Of a stretch of 64,000 nucleotides of DNA, positions 1 through 11,844 are shown piece by piece. Position 1 is the first letter of the stretch, and each line of letters begins with the position of its first letter. The stretch spans positions 5,229 through 69,228 of the forward strand of contig LBWB01000001.1 in NCBI GenBank assembly GCA_000993405.1, read 5' to 3'. The DNA is from Candidatus Woesebacteria bacterium GW2011_GWB1_39_12. GTDB lineage: Bacteria; Patescibacteriota; Microgenomatia; UBA8517. Position numbers and translations under genes: made by a program. Below the pieces are notes generated by a model, which saw only the letters and a program-made list of their open reading frames with translations, was not told where the DNA came from and did not search any database.

Positions 1-2217
1 CAACTTAATCCCCCTCATACCGCTTGTTGCTCTGCCCATTGATCTTACGTTGGCCTCAGGAAAGCGTATCCCTTTGCCATTTTTGCTTACAAGAAGAACA
101 TGATCCGATCCCGTTGTTTGGACTACTTTTACTAGCGAATCTTTTGCGTCGAGCTTTATTGCGATAAGTCCGGAAGCTCTTAGATTTGCGAATTCTGAAG
201 TTTTAGTCTTTTTAACTATTCCAAGGGAAGTTGCCATGAGAAGATGTGCACTTTTTGTGCTTAGTGGTAAAATCGACATTATTTTTTCTTCCTGACCAAT
301 TGCCAGTATGTTAACAATTGCCTGGCCTTTAGCCTGCCGTGACGTTTCCGGTATTTCCCAGGCTTTTGTACCGAATACTTTCCCCGTATTTGTAAAGAAA
401 AGAATAGTATCGTGGGTTGTTGCTGAAATTAAATGTTCAATTTCATCCTCTTCTTTTGTTGTCATGCCGGTGACGCCTTTGCCGCCGCGTCTTTGAGTTC
501 TATATGTTGCTCTCGGAACTCTTTTTATGTAACCAGTCTTTGTTATTGTGATTAATGTTTCTTCTTTAGCGATCAGGTCTTCTTCGGAGAATTCCCCGAC
601 CTTCTGTTTATAAATTTTTGTTAAGCGGGTGTCACCAAACTTTTCCTTTATTTCGGTTAATTCTTTTATAATGATCTCCAATACTTTATTGGGATCTTTT
701 AAAATAGCGGTTAATCTGTCGATTAATTTTTTGATCTCTTCGTATTCTTTTTCAATTTTTTCTCTTTCCAAAGCTGCCAATCGTCTTAGTTGCATGTCCA
801 AAATTGCGGTTGCCTGGATTTCGGACAGCTTGAACTTTTTAATCAAATTTTCTTTTGCGTCTTCTTGGGTTCTGCTTTTTCTGATTGTTGCAATAACTTC
901 ATCAAGATTATCGAGTGCAATTTTTAATCCTTCCAAAATGTGGGCGCGGCGCTTTGCTGCCGTCAGCTCAAAAATTGTTCGCCTAGTAACCACTCTTTGT
1001 CTGTGTTTTATGTATTCAACAACAATCTGTTTGAGATTTAAGGTATAAGGAGTTCCGTCAACGAGCGCTACAAAATTTGCGGGGAATGAATTTTGAAGCT
1101 GAGTGTGCTTGTATAAGTTATTAAGGATAGACTTGGGTCGCGCGTCGCGCTTGAGATCAATGACGACTCGCATTCCGTCTTTATCCGATTCATCTCTCAG
1201 GTCTGAAATGCCGACAACTTTTCTATCTTTTACTAAATCGGCTATTTTTTTAACGAGTATTGCTTTATTGACCTGATACGGGATTTCGGAGATGATAATT
1301 TGTTGTCTGACTTTTCCTCCACCTGCACGTTCCGGCGAATCTATAATTTCCGCTATGCCTCTGACTACAATTCTACCCCGACCCGTTGCGTATACTTCTT
1401 TAAGAGAGTTTGCATCATAAATCGCACTGCCGGTAGGAAAATCTGGACCTGGAATAATTTCGGTTAATTCGTCAATTGTAATATCGCTTTCAAACCCCAA
1501 ATCACCCGGCTTTATTTCACCATTGACTTGCCTATTTTCCTCACCCGAAGCCATTAAGCTGATACGCTTGATCACAAAGTTTGTTTGTTCCTCCTGTTTT
1601 TTAGTCTCAAATACGACTTTCCCTTTTTTAATAGTTGCAATGACTGCCTCGACTACTTCGGAAAGATTGTGAGGTGGAATTTTGGTAGCCATTCCTACTG
1701 CTATTCCTTCGCTCCCCATGAGAAGTAGGTTTGGAAGGAGAGCGGGCAAAAATATTGGTTCTTTCAAAGTTGCATCAAAATTGTCCAAAAGATCAACGGT
1801 TTCTTTTTCTATGTCAGAAAGCATAAATTCCGATATTGCCGCAAGTTTGACCTCTGTATAACGCATGGCCGCAGGCGGGTCTCCGTCAACAGAACCGAAG
1901 TTTCCCTGGCCTTTTATCAAGGGGTATCTGAGAGAAAATGTCTGGGCCATTCTGACCAGGGCGTCATATACTGCCATGTCTCCGTGGGGATGATATTTTC
2001 CGAGGACTTCTCCCACAACTTTTGCGGACTTTGTGAATGAGGAGGTGTGGTTTAAGCCCATTTGGTGCATTGCGTAAAGAATTCTTCTGTGGACCGGTTT
2101 TAACCCGTCGCGTACATCAGGAAGAGCACGGGCGACGATTACGCTCATTGCGTAGTCGAGATAGCTTTTCTCCATCTCGGTAACTATTGGGGCTAATTGT
2201 ACTTTTCCGATATCCAT
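1..2217 (-). CDS. gyrA: DNA gyrase subunit A. The N-terminus is present and the C-terminus runs off the window start.
   Basis: Minus-strand translation from the ATG at 2215-2217 reads [55 protein letters not shown]...GKYHPHGD, the canonical GyrA N-terminus with the active-site region. It is absent from the ORF track because it has no stop inside the window. Confidence 0.9.
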   Translation of the reverse strand, partial: MDIGKVQLAPIVTEMEKSYLDYAMSVIVARALPDVRDGLKPVHRRILYAMHQMGLNHTSSFTKSAKVVGEVLGKYHPHGDMAVYDALVRMAQTFSLRYPLIKGQGNFGSVDGDPPAAMRYTEVKLAAISEFMLSDIEKETVDLLDNFDATLKEPIFLPALLPNLLLMGSEGIAVGMATKIPPHNLSEVVEAVIATIKKGKVVFETKKQEEQTNFVIKRISLMASGEENRQVNGEIKPGDLGFESDITIDELTEIIPGPDFPTGSAIYDANSLKEVYATGRGRIVVRGIAEIIDSPERAGGGKVRQQIIISEIPYQVNKAILVKKIADLVKDRKVVGISDLRDESDKDGMRVVIDLKRDARPKSILNNLYKHTQLQNSFPANFVALVDGTPYTLNLKQIVVEYIKHRQRVVTRRTIFELTAAKRRAHILEGLKIALDNLDEVIATIRKSRTQEDAKENLIKKFKLSEIQATAILDMQLRRLAALEREKIEKEYEEIKKLIDRLTAILKDPNKVLEIIIKELTEIKEKFGDTRLTKIYKQKVGEFSEEDLIAKEETLITITKTGYIKRVPRATYRTQRRGGKGVTGMTTKEEDEIEHLISATTHDTILFFTNTGKVFGTKAWEIPETSRQAKGQAIVNILAIGQEEKIMSILPLSTKSAHLLMATSLGIVKKTKTSEFANLRASGLIAIKLDAKDSLVKVVQTTGSDHVLLVSKNGKGIRFPEANVRSMGRATSGMRGIKL

Positions 2218-2322
2218 AACAAAAAAAGGCAGGCTCTGAGGCCTTATACTATTTTACCTATTTTGAAGCTGAGAGACAAGAGGAAAATCACTTTTAAATA
2301 ACTAGGATATGCTTTCTGAGTA

Positions 2323-2874
2323 TTATCTTTGATGAATATTATTAAATTTCTGAACTATGTCTAACGATTTTAAAAATAAGTTAACTTCAGGAGCATCAAG
2401 TCTAAATGTCCTTATTCCTCTGGGTATGCGTCCGTTCCATTTTGGGGTTTCTTCAATATATAACCACGGGTCAGTTATATAGCCTACGTTATGAAGGGAA
2501 TAAACAAGGTATCCTACTTTATCGTGCAGAGTGCCTCTCTCAACATGTCTAAAAGTAAGAGAAACAACATCTGTTTCTGGAGCCCAAGCGGTTTGTCCAA
2601 GATTTCCCAGCCTGTAGTTTTCTGGTCTATGAAAGATTTGTAAGTCGATAGGGAGAGTGACCTTTTGGAATTTTTGTCTTAAATGACCCACTATTTTATT
2701 TTGTAAAGGGAAAGATTTGGGGCGTATATGAAATGTTGCAACTTCTCCGTATTTAAGTCGATGCCTCTTTTCCGCTTCTTCAAAAACTTCTCTTGCAGAT
2801 CCCCATAGATTAGATAATTCTTGTTCAATTTTGGATTGTTGAGATTCGTCTTTGAGTTCAGTCATAAGCAACAT
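2323..2874 (-). CDS. hypothetical protein (183 aa)
   Basis: Complete ORF with no motif I can assign. It sits between gyrA and a small sigma-region-4 protein on the same strand. Confidence 0.45.
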   Translation of the reverse strand: MLLMTELKDESQQSKIEQELSNLWGSAREVFEEAEKRHRLKYGEVATFHIRPKSFPLQNKIVGHLRQKFQKVTLPIDLQIFHRPENYRLGNLGQTAWAPETDVVSLTFRHVERGTLHDKVGYLVYSLHNVGYITDPWLYIEETPKWNGRIPRGIRTFRLDAPEVNLFLKSLDIVQKFNNIHQR

Positions 2875-2915
2875 TTTAACATATCAACCTATAATTTTTC
2901 AAAGTTACTTGAAAG

Positions 2916-3155
2916 TTAGTGAAGACTTTTCGTATTACTAAATAATTTCTGCTGATACGATTTGGTGGCAATTTTTTTTAAGGCTTTCTTTTCGATCTGG
3001 CGGATTCTGGCTTCGGTTACGCCTAACTTTAAACCTATCTTTTCAAGAGTAAGTGATCTTAACCGTCGAATCAAAACATCCTTTTCTTTGGAAGTTAATT
3101 GAGGAAGTTTGTGAATATGGGCAGCAAAGAAACGCCTTGTTCTATTTGCCCGCAT
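2916..3155 (-). CDS. small sigma-70 region 4 (HTH) only protein, 79 aa
   Basis: The segment LTSKEKDVLIRRL..LTLEKIGLKLGVTEARIRQIEKKALKKI matches the sigma-70 region 4 / LuxR-type HTH signature. There is no region 2. Confidence 0.6.
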   Translation of the reverse strand: MRANRTRRFFAAHIHKLPQLTSKEKDVLIRRLRSLTLEKIGLKLGVTEARIRQIEKKALKKIATKSYQQKLFSNTKSLH

Positions 3156-3159
3156 AAAA

Positions 3160-3360
3160 TTATTCTTCAGGCATGATTATCCAACATAAGATATAAGGAA
3201 TAAGACCTGGAAATCCTCCCGGAATAAGAAGGAAAATCAAGATTACTCTTATGGCAACAGGATCGATATTCAGATAATTTGCAATTCCGGCACAAACTCC
3301 CGCCAATTTCCTTCCCTTTTTAGGTCTGACCAAACGCTTTATTTCTTTTCCTTTTTTCAT
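3160..3360 (-). CDS. PspC-domain membrane protein (66 aa)
   Basis: The motif LVRPKKGRKLAGVCAGIANYLNIDPVAIRVILIFLL is the PspC-domain signature, and it is followed by a hydrophobic tail. Confidence 0.7.
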   Translation of the reverse strand: MKKGKEIKRLVRPKKGRKLAGVCAGIANYLNIDPVAIRVILIFLLIPGGFPGLIPYILCWIIMPEE

Positions 3361-3416
3361 AACTAAATTTTATCATTAATTATTAACTTTTGGAAGCTAA
3401 ACTTACATGTTATTAT

Positions 3417-3887
3417 CTATCCTTTAAATTTTTTCAAGTCTTCCAAGACCTCTTTGGAGTGAATATTTGGATTGACCTTTTCGTAAATTTTGGCAACCTT
3501 GCCTTGTGGATTTATTAAGAATGAAGTACGGATAGTACCAAAATATTCTTTACCTAAGAATTTCTTGAGTTTCCAGACGTCGTAGAGTTTTACAACCGTC
3601 TTTTCCCTATCCGAAAGTATAATAAAAGGAAGGTCGTGTTTCTGGACGAATTTTAGATGACTTGCAACCGAATCAGTACTTATACCAATAATTTCTACCC
3701 CAACCCTTTGAAGATCTTTAAAACTGTCTCTGAATGAACAGGCTTCCGTAGTGCATCCGGGGGTAAAGTCTTTGGGGTAAAAATAAATAAGAACCCATTT
3801 TCTTTTATACTCGGAGAATCTACGGACTTTTCCGTTTTGGTCCGGAAGTTCAAAATCAGGCGCATATGAACCTATTTTAAGTTTCAT
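3417..3887 (-). CDS. bcp: thiol peroxidase / peroxiredoxin Bcp
   Basis: APDFELPDQNGK...YFYPKDFTPGCTTEACSFRD is the peroxiredoxin (AhpC/TSA) catalytic motif. The 156-aa length fits Bcp. Confidence 0.85.
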   Translation of the reverse strand: MKLKIGSYAPDFELPDQNGKVRRFSEYKRKWVLIYFYPKDFTPGCTTEACSFRDSFKDLQRVGVEIIGISTDSVASHLKFVQKHDLPFIILSDREKTVVKLYDVWKLKKFLGKEYFGTIRTSFLINPQGKVAKIYEKVNPNIHSKEVLEDLKKFKG

Positions 3888-3888
3888 T

Positions 3889-5913
3889 TCACTTTCCGAT
3901 ATAAAATACTATCAAGGGAGCTATAAGAAGAGCAACGATTTGAACTATTTTCATCATTGGGTTTAAGGCAGGTCCTGAGGTGTCTTTCAATGGATCGCCA
4001 ACAGTATCACCGACGACGGCTGCTTTATGGGTATCACTACCCTTTCCCCCGAGGTTACCGTCTTCGATATATTTTTTAGCGTTATCCCAGGCGCCGCCTG
4101 TATTGCACATATAAAAAGCAAGCGTTAAGCCGGATGCAACAACTCCGCCCAAAAATCCCCCCAGAGTTTGGGCACCCAAAAACCCAACCAGAATTGGCGC
4201 GGAAACGACTATTGCGGCTGGAACCACGAGTTCCTTTTGGGCTGCGGCAGTAACTATCGCAACCGCCCTTGAATAATTCGGAAGTGCTTTGCCTTCCATT
4301 ATTCCTTTAATTTCCCTAAACTGCCGTCTTACTTCCTCAACTACCTGAAAAGCGGCACGCCCTACTGATCCGACGAGCCTCGAAGAAAATAAAAATGGTA
4401 GCGCTCCTCCTAAAAGAAGGCCAATAAAGACCTTGGGTTGGGCTATATCGATTGAAGTTAATCCTGTTGCTTCAAAATAGGTTGCGAAGAGGGACGATGC
4501 CGCTACAGCTGCCGAGCCTACAGCAAAGCCCTTTGTCAGGGCTTTGGTGGTATTTCCAACAGCGTCGAGTCCTGATGTTACTTCTTCTGCTTTTCCCTTA
4601 AGTCCTGCCATTTCTACAAACCCTTGGGCGTTATCGGAAATCGGCCCGAATGTATCAAGTGCCATGATGATACCCGTGGTTGCTAACATTCCCATTCCGG
4701 CAAGTGAGATTCCGTAAAAACCTAAGAAAAGATAACCTACAAAAATTGTTGCAGCGATAATAAGAACCGAAACAAAAGTAGATTCCATTCCATAAGCCAT
4801 TCCGCTTATCAAATTAGTTCCTGCTCCGGTTTGAGAAGCTTTGGCAATTGCCACAACCGGTTTTTCCCCGGGACCGGTGTAATATTTGGTTACATACAGA
4901 AGTGCAAGCATTGAAAAGATTCCGGTTATTGCAGCGTAACCTGCACGGGGTTCTTTCAGAAGGTATATAGCCAAAAACATAAAGATTGCGACTGCGGATA
5001 TGGCTGCAATAATAAATCCGCGAATGAGTGGTTTTATCGGATTCTCGGACTCACTTTTTGCTTTGACAAAGAAAGTTCCCAAGATTGAAGTTAATATTGC
5101 GCCAGATCTTGCCAAAAGCGGAAAAACGACTCCGGGTAAACCAAAGAGTTGCCCGCCAAGGATCATTGCGGCAACAATTGTCAAAGCATAACTTTCAAAA
5201 ACGTCGGCTGCCATTCCGGCACAGTCTCCTACGTTATCTCCAACATTATCGGCAATTGTGGCCGGGTTTCTGGGGTCATCCTCGGGAATTCCTTTTTCGA
5301 CTTTTCCGACTAAATCCGCTCCAACGTCGGCAGCTTTTGTAAATATTCCCCCACCGACCCTCATAAAAAGTGCCAAAAGCGCCGCCCCGAATCCGTATCC
5401 AACCAAAACTTCGGTTGCGTGCTTTGTAACTGCCTCAGGACCTAATCCGATATACGTAAAGTAAGACCATATGTAGATAATGGAAACCCCCAAAAGTCCC
5501 AAGCCCACCACCAACATTCCGTTTACGGTTCCTGCGCCAAAAGCTATTTTCAAGGCTAAACTCAAGCCCTTTTGTGCACCGTTTGCAGTTCGCACGTTTG
5601 CCCGAACCGCTATCCACATTCCAAAATAGCCGATTATTGCACTGAATATTGCACCAAGAAGAAAGGTTACTGCAATTCCGAATCCCAACGTCACCCAAAT
5701 AAGAAGTGCGAGAGCAATCATCAGAGGAAATACAACCCTGAATTGTTTATTAAGGTAAGACATTGCGCCTTCCCGTACAGCCTTGGCAATCTGTTTTAAC
5801 TTATCCGAGCCTTCGTCTTCTTTCAAAACTGCTTTTGTTAAATAAAGTCCATAAACAAGGGCAAAAAGAGAAGTAATTGGGGCAACAAAAAGAGCGATAA
5901 GTTGAATATCCAT
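3889..5913 (-). CDS. hppA: membrane-bound H+(or Na+)-translocating pyrophosphatase
   Basis: A 674-aa polytopic protein carrying the GDNVGDCAGMAADVFESY and DNVGDNVGD V-PPase signature motifs. Confidence 0.9.
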   Translation of the reverse strand: MDIQLIALFVAPITSLFALVYGLYLTKAVLKEDEGSDKLKQIAKAVREGAMSYLNKQFRVVFPLMIALALLIWVTLGFGIAVTFLLGAIFSAIIGYFGMWIAVRANVRTANGAQKGLSLALKIAFGAGTVNGMLVVGLGLLGVSIIYIWSYFTYIGLGPEAVTKHATEVLVGYGFGAALLALFMRVGGGIFTKAADVGADLVGKVEKGIPEDDPRNPATIADNVGDNVGDCAGMAADVFESYALTIVAAMILGGQLFGLPGVVFPLLARSGAILTSILGTFFVKAKSESENPIKPLIRGFIIAAISAVAIFMFLAIYLLKEPRAGYAAITGIFSMLALLYVTKYYTGPGEKPVVAIAKASQTGAGTNLISGMAYGMESTFVSVLIIAATIFVGYLFLGFYGISLAGMGMLATTGIIMALDTFGPISDNAQGFVEMAGLKGKAEEVTSGLDAVGNTTKALTKGFAVGSAAVAASSLFATYFEATGLTSIDIAQPKVFIGLLLGGALPFLFSSRLVGSVGRAAFQVVEEVRRQFREIKGIMEGKALPNYSRAVAIVTAAAQKELVVPAAIVVSAPILVGFLGAQTLGGFLGGVVASGLTLAFYMCNTGGAWDNAKKYIEDGNLGGKGSDTHKAAVVGDTVGDPLKDTSGPALNPMMKIVQIVALLIAPLIVFYIGK

Positions 5914-6084
5914 TGTTCAAATGTATTTTATTTTAAGTTTTGACGCTTTGCAAGGGTTTCAGCAAAGATTTAAATGTCCAATGTAGCCAATTTTGCCCGC
6001 CTTATTTCCGCACTCGGCTTTTAGGAATTATTCATTCACGCCTTGTGCCGAAATTTATCGGCGGACTGCAGTTGGCTGTTATTT

Positions 6085-8067
<1,983 letters not shown>

Positions 8068-8089
8068 TTAATTTTGATATCGAGTAAAT

Positions 8090-8710
8090 TCATTTTTGAG
8101 AAGTATTGATAACAAAATTTGTTAGTTGTAAACCCACATTTCCGTTTAAATTAAGACGATTTAGAGTATTCTGAGCAGTCGCTAGAAGACCGGCTTTAGA
8201 TTTGAAATCTTCTTTTTCTTTGAGTAATTCTTGGTGCATAAAGATGATTTGGTCTTGAATAAAGTTAAGCGCATTTTCTCTTTTTCTAATACTATCTATA
8301 TAGGCAATTTTTTCGCCGACTGACATATCTATAAAATTTTCTGGATTTTTATTCAAACCATTTACCTTTGACCTTTTACCTTTAACCCTAACTATCTGGC
8401 ACCTGGAAATAATTGTTGGAAGAAGTTTATGTTCGGAAGTTGAGGTCAGTATAAACTTCACATTTTTCTGGGGTTCTTCCAGGGTTTTTAAGAATGCATT
8501 TAATGCCTCTTCCGTAGCCGTCTCAATATTTCTAATCAAGATAACTGTGGGTTTATCAAAAGACAGTTTTAAGAATTTAGTAAGTTCCCTGACTTCATTA
8601 ATTTTGGTTATCGGAAACTCAAAAATATTTTCTCCGAGACTTTTAGCTAAGTTTGATATTTCCCTTTCTAGTTCTTGAGATTCATGTCCAATAACAAGGT
8701 AAGCATGCAT
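8090..8710 (-). CDS. holB: DNA polymerase III delta-prime-like clamp loader subunit
   Basis: EALNAFLKTLEEPQKNVKFILTSTSEHKLLPTIISRCQ is the AAA+ clamp-loader sensor motif (SRC). The protein is short, at 206 aa. Confidence 0.65.
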   Translation of the reverse strand: MHAYLVIGHESQELEREISNLAKSLGENIFEFPITKINEVRELTKFLKLSFDKPTVILIRNIETATEEALNAFLKTLEEPQKNVKFILTSTSEHKLLPTIISRCQIVRVKGKRSKVNGLNKNPENFIDMSVGEKIAYIDSIRKRENALNFIQDQIIFMHQELLKEKEDFKSKAGLLATAQNTLNRLNLNGNVGLQLTNFVINTSQK

Positions 8711-8822
8711 GGCTAGCCATTATGTAGAAAAACGACTTGGAAAGTCAAGCAAGTAACAAATGCAAATCTATTCCACTCGTTACTCGCCGATCAGCTGCAG
8801 ACTAATGTGGCGTGACCCTAGA

Positions 8823-8851
8823 CTATTGATTGAATGCTAAACGTGCGGCAT
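8823..8851 (+). promoter_or_regulatory. putative sigma70 promoter for pilB (TTGATT-N17-CATAAT)
   Basis: ttgattgaatgctaaacgtgcggcataat lies about 75 nt upstream of the pilB ATG, in the divergent intergenic region with holB. Confidence 0.4.
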
Positions 8852-8927
8852 AATAGATTAAACTTGGTTTAGATCAAAGATGAAATATTTTTTTGATTTT
8901 TGATTTTTAAAATTTAATTTTAATATT

Positions 8928-10664
8928 ATGGCTGCTCAACCAACTACAACTTCAATCGCAAACGGTGAATCTGCAAAGTCTCTCGCCGACGTTTTGGTGT
9001 CCTTGGGTCTAATGGACGCTTCAAAAGCTGAACAGGTAAAGTTTGCCGAAGTTCAGACAGGAAAACCTCAGGAGGCGATAATAAAAGACCAAGCTCTGGT
9101 TGACGAGACGGCTTTAACCCGCGCCAAAGCTTCTCTTTACAACATTCCTTATCTTGATTTATCCAGCGTTCCTGTTTCCCCGGAAGCTCTGTCCACTCTC
9201 CCCCAAGAGGTTGCCCTAAGGTTTAAAGCATTTCCTGTTTCAATGGATCCCCTAACCAAGGAGATGGTTGTTGCCATGGCAGATCCGATGGATCTTGCCG
9301 CAATTCAGTTTATTGAGCAAAAGACGGGATATTATGCGAAGCCTCACGCCGCCGATCCTTCAAAAATTGAAGCAATGATTGCCACCGGCTACACAACATC
9401 TCTTGCAAAAGAGGTATCGGAAGCTTTAAGAGAAGTTCCGGATAAAGATAAAATCATTACTCTTGATGCAAGTAAAACCGGTCTTATCCGCGAAGAAAAA
9501 GTTGCTCAGATTGTTACTCATATTTTGTCTTTTGCTGTTAAGGCAAGGGCATCAGACGTTCATATTGAACCCCAAGAAAAAGCAACACGGGTTCGCTATA
9601 GAATAGACGGAATACTTCAGGAAAAATTGACTACCCCAAGAGAGCTCCACGATGCACTCATTTCAAGAATAAAAATTCTTTCAGGAATGAAAATTGACGA
9701 AAAAAGAGTTCCACAGGACGGCAGATTCAATTTTAAAGCCGAAGATCAGGAAGTCGATTTGAGAGTTTCCACACTTCCGACAACTTGGGGAGAAAAAGTC
9801 GTAATGAGGCTTTTAAGGAAAACCGGAGGTATTCCGGATTTATCGGAACTTGGATTAAGAGGAAGGGCTTTGAAAAATTTGGAGGACTCAATCCTTCGAC
9901 CCCACGGGATAATTCTTATTACGGGACCAACCGGCTCCGGGAAAACAACCACCCTTTATTCGGTAATCCAAAAAATAAACACTCCCAGAGTTAATATAGT
10001 CACTCTTGAAGATCCTATTGAATATAAAATTGCAGGAGTAAATCAAGTCCAGGTGAATCCTGTTGCAGGACTTACTTTTGCGTCGGGTTTAAGGTCGTTT
10101 TTGAGACAAGACCCAAATATAATCTTGGTTGGTGAAATTCGTGATCAAGAAACTGCTGATTTGGCGGTCCAGGCGGCATTAACCGGCCATTTGGTTTTTT
10201 CAACACTTCATACGAATGATGCCTCAGGGGCACTTCCTCGGCTTTTAGACATGGGAGCAGAGCCGTATCTTCTTGCTTCTTCGATGACAGCAATTGTCGG
10301 GCAAAGGGTCGTAAGAAAGATTCACGAGGGCTGCAAGACAAGCTACGTCGCCCAACCCAAAGTTGTTGAAGAAATGAAGGGAGTTTTAGGCAACCTTTGG
10401 CCAAAAGGGAAAGATAATAGTATTTATAAAGGCAAAGGAGACGTTGATTGTGGCAATAGCGGCTATTTTGGAAGGGTTGCTGTTTTTGAGGTCTTGCCAG
10501 TAACCGAAAAAATTAGTAGGCTTATATTAGAGAGGGCTTCGTCAGCCGAGATAGAGACCGAAGCACGAAATGAGGGAATGATTACAATGAAGCAGGACGG
10601 CTATTTGAAAGTTCTTGAAGGAATAACAACAGCTGAAGAAGTACTAAGAGTCGCTCAAGAGTGA
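8928..10664 (+). CDS. pilB: type IV pilus assembly ATPase PilB (GspE family)
   Basis: N-terminal GSPII_E N domain. Walker A GPTGSGKTTTLYS, Asp box, His box and the tetracysteine CGxSGYxGR. Confidence 0.9.
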   Translation: MAAQPTTTSIANGESAKSLADVLVSLGLMDASKAEQVKFAEVQTGKPQEAIIKDQALVDETALTRAKASLYNIPYLDLSSVPVSPEALSTLPQEVALRFKAFPVSMDPLTKEMVVAMADPMDLAAIQFIEQKTGYYAKPHAADPSKIEAMIATGYTTSLAKEVSEALREVPDKDKIITLDASKTGLIREEKVAQIVTHILSFAVKARASDVHIEPQEKATRVRYRIDGILQEKLTTPRELHDALISRIKILSGMKIDEKRVPQDGRFNFKAEDQEVDLRVSTLPTTWGEKVVMRLLRKTGGIPDLSELGLRGRALKNLEDSILRPHGIILITGPTGSGKTTTLYSVIQKINTPRVNIVTLEDPIEYKIAGVNQVQVNPVAGLTFASGLRSFLRQDPNIILVGEIRDQETADLAVQAALTGHLVFSTLHTNDASGALPRLLDMGAEPYLLASSMTAIVGQRVVRKIHEGCKTSYVAQPKVVEEMKGVLGNLWPKGKDNSIYKGKGDVDCGNSGYFGRVAVFEVLPVTEKISRLILERASSAEIETEARNEGMITMKQDGYLKVLEGITTAEEVLRVAQE

Positions 10665-10746
10665 GACAGCGCAAAGGACAAACAACAAAGAACAAAATAT
10701 ATTTCTAGTCTTTGCCCTTTGTCCTCTGTGCTTTGTACTAATTATC

Positions 10747-11808
10747 ATGGAGATTAAACAACTACTACAGTTATCGGTTGACCGCTTGGCGAGCGATCTG
10801 CACATTATTGTTGGCATCCCGCCGCACTTACGGGTGGAGGGTGAGCTGTTCCCTATTCCGGACGAAGCTCCTGTTACACCCGAACTCGTAAATAAATTCA
10901 TCAAAGAGATATTGATTCCAGAGCAGCTTGAGCGTCTGACCGTAAATAAAGAAATTGATTTCTCTCTCCCCTTTAACCAAAATGCTCGTTTTAGGGTAAA
11001 TGCTTATACACAAAAGAATTCGTACGCTATTGCTTTCAGAAGAATTCCTTTGGAAATTCCGGAGATTGATAAGCTGGGTCTTCCTAAAATCTTGCATTCT
11101 TTTACGGGATTAAGGCAAGGGTTTATTTTGGTAACAGGCCCGACAGGTCATGGGAAATCAACTACCTTGGCGGCAATGCTCAATGAGATCAATTCAAATA
11201 GAGCTTGCCATATAGTAACGATTGAAGACCCGATTGAATTTATTTTTAAACCTAAGCGATCAATTATCTCACAGCGCGAAATGGGTTTTGACACTCATTC
11301 CTGGCAGATCGCGCTACGCTCGGTTCTAAGAGAGGACCCGGACGTGGTACTCGTTGGTGAGATGCGAGATTACGAAACGATTGCATCAGCCCTAACCGTT
11401 GCCGAAACAGGCCACCTTGTTTTTGCAACGCTTCATACAAATTCCGCAGCACAAACAATTGATAGAATTGTTGATGTATTTCCGGAAGAACAGCAGGAAC
11501 AGGTCAGACTTCAGCTCTCGAATGTGGTCGAGGCCGTATTTTCGATGCGGCTTGTTCCGTCCGTTACCGGTAAACGTGTAGTAGGATACGAGGTGATGTT
11601 GGGAACAAGCGCGATAAAGACGTCCATTAGAGAGGGTAAAACTCACCAAATTGATAACATTTTGCAAACTTCTACCGAGGTTGGCATGAATACGCTGGAA
11701 ATGTCTTTAGCAGAACTTGTGGGTAACGGCAAACTTGATATGGAAACGGCTCAGTCATTTTCTCTTCGACCAGAAGAATTATTACGTCTTATCAGATCCT
11801 CGAAATAA
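10747..11808 (+). CDS. pilT: twitching motility / pilus retraction ATPase PilT
   Basis: 353 aa with MEIKQLL..DLHI, Walker A GPTGHGKSTT and FATLHTNSAAQTIDRIVDVF, which fit the PilT/PilU family. Confidence 0.9.
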   Translation: MEIKQLLQLSVDRLASDLHIIVGIPPHLRVEGELFPIPDEAPVTPELVNKFIKEILIPEQLERLTVNKEIDFSLPFNQNARFRVNAYTQKNSYAIAFRRIPLEIPEIDKLGLPKILHSFTGLRQGFILVTGPTGHGKSTTLAAMLNEINSNRACHIVTIEDPIEFIFKPKRSIISQREMGFDTHSWQIALRSVLREDPDVVLVGEMRDYETIASALTVAETGHLVFATLHTNSAAQTIDRIVDVFPEEQQEQVRLQLSNVVEAVFSMRLVPSVTGKRVVGYEVMLGTSAIKTSIREGKTHQIDNILQTSTEVGMNTLEMSLAELVGNGKLDMETAQSFSLRPEELLRLIRSSK

Positions 11809-11844
11809 GTAAAAGGTGAATGCCCTTTTACCTTTTACCTAACA

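Noticed and set aside
308-1048. Plus-strand ORFs 308..496 and 629..1048
   Set aside because: They are antisense to the clear gyrA coding sequence.
5000-5799. Plus-strand ORFs (5000..5191, 5085..5342, 5258..5464, 5572..5799) and minus 5435..5698
   Set aside because: All lie inside the well-supported hppA coding region on other frames and their products are low-complexity, so they are spurious.
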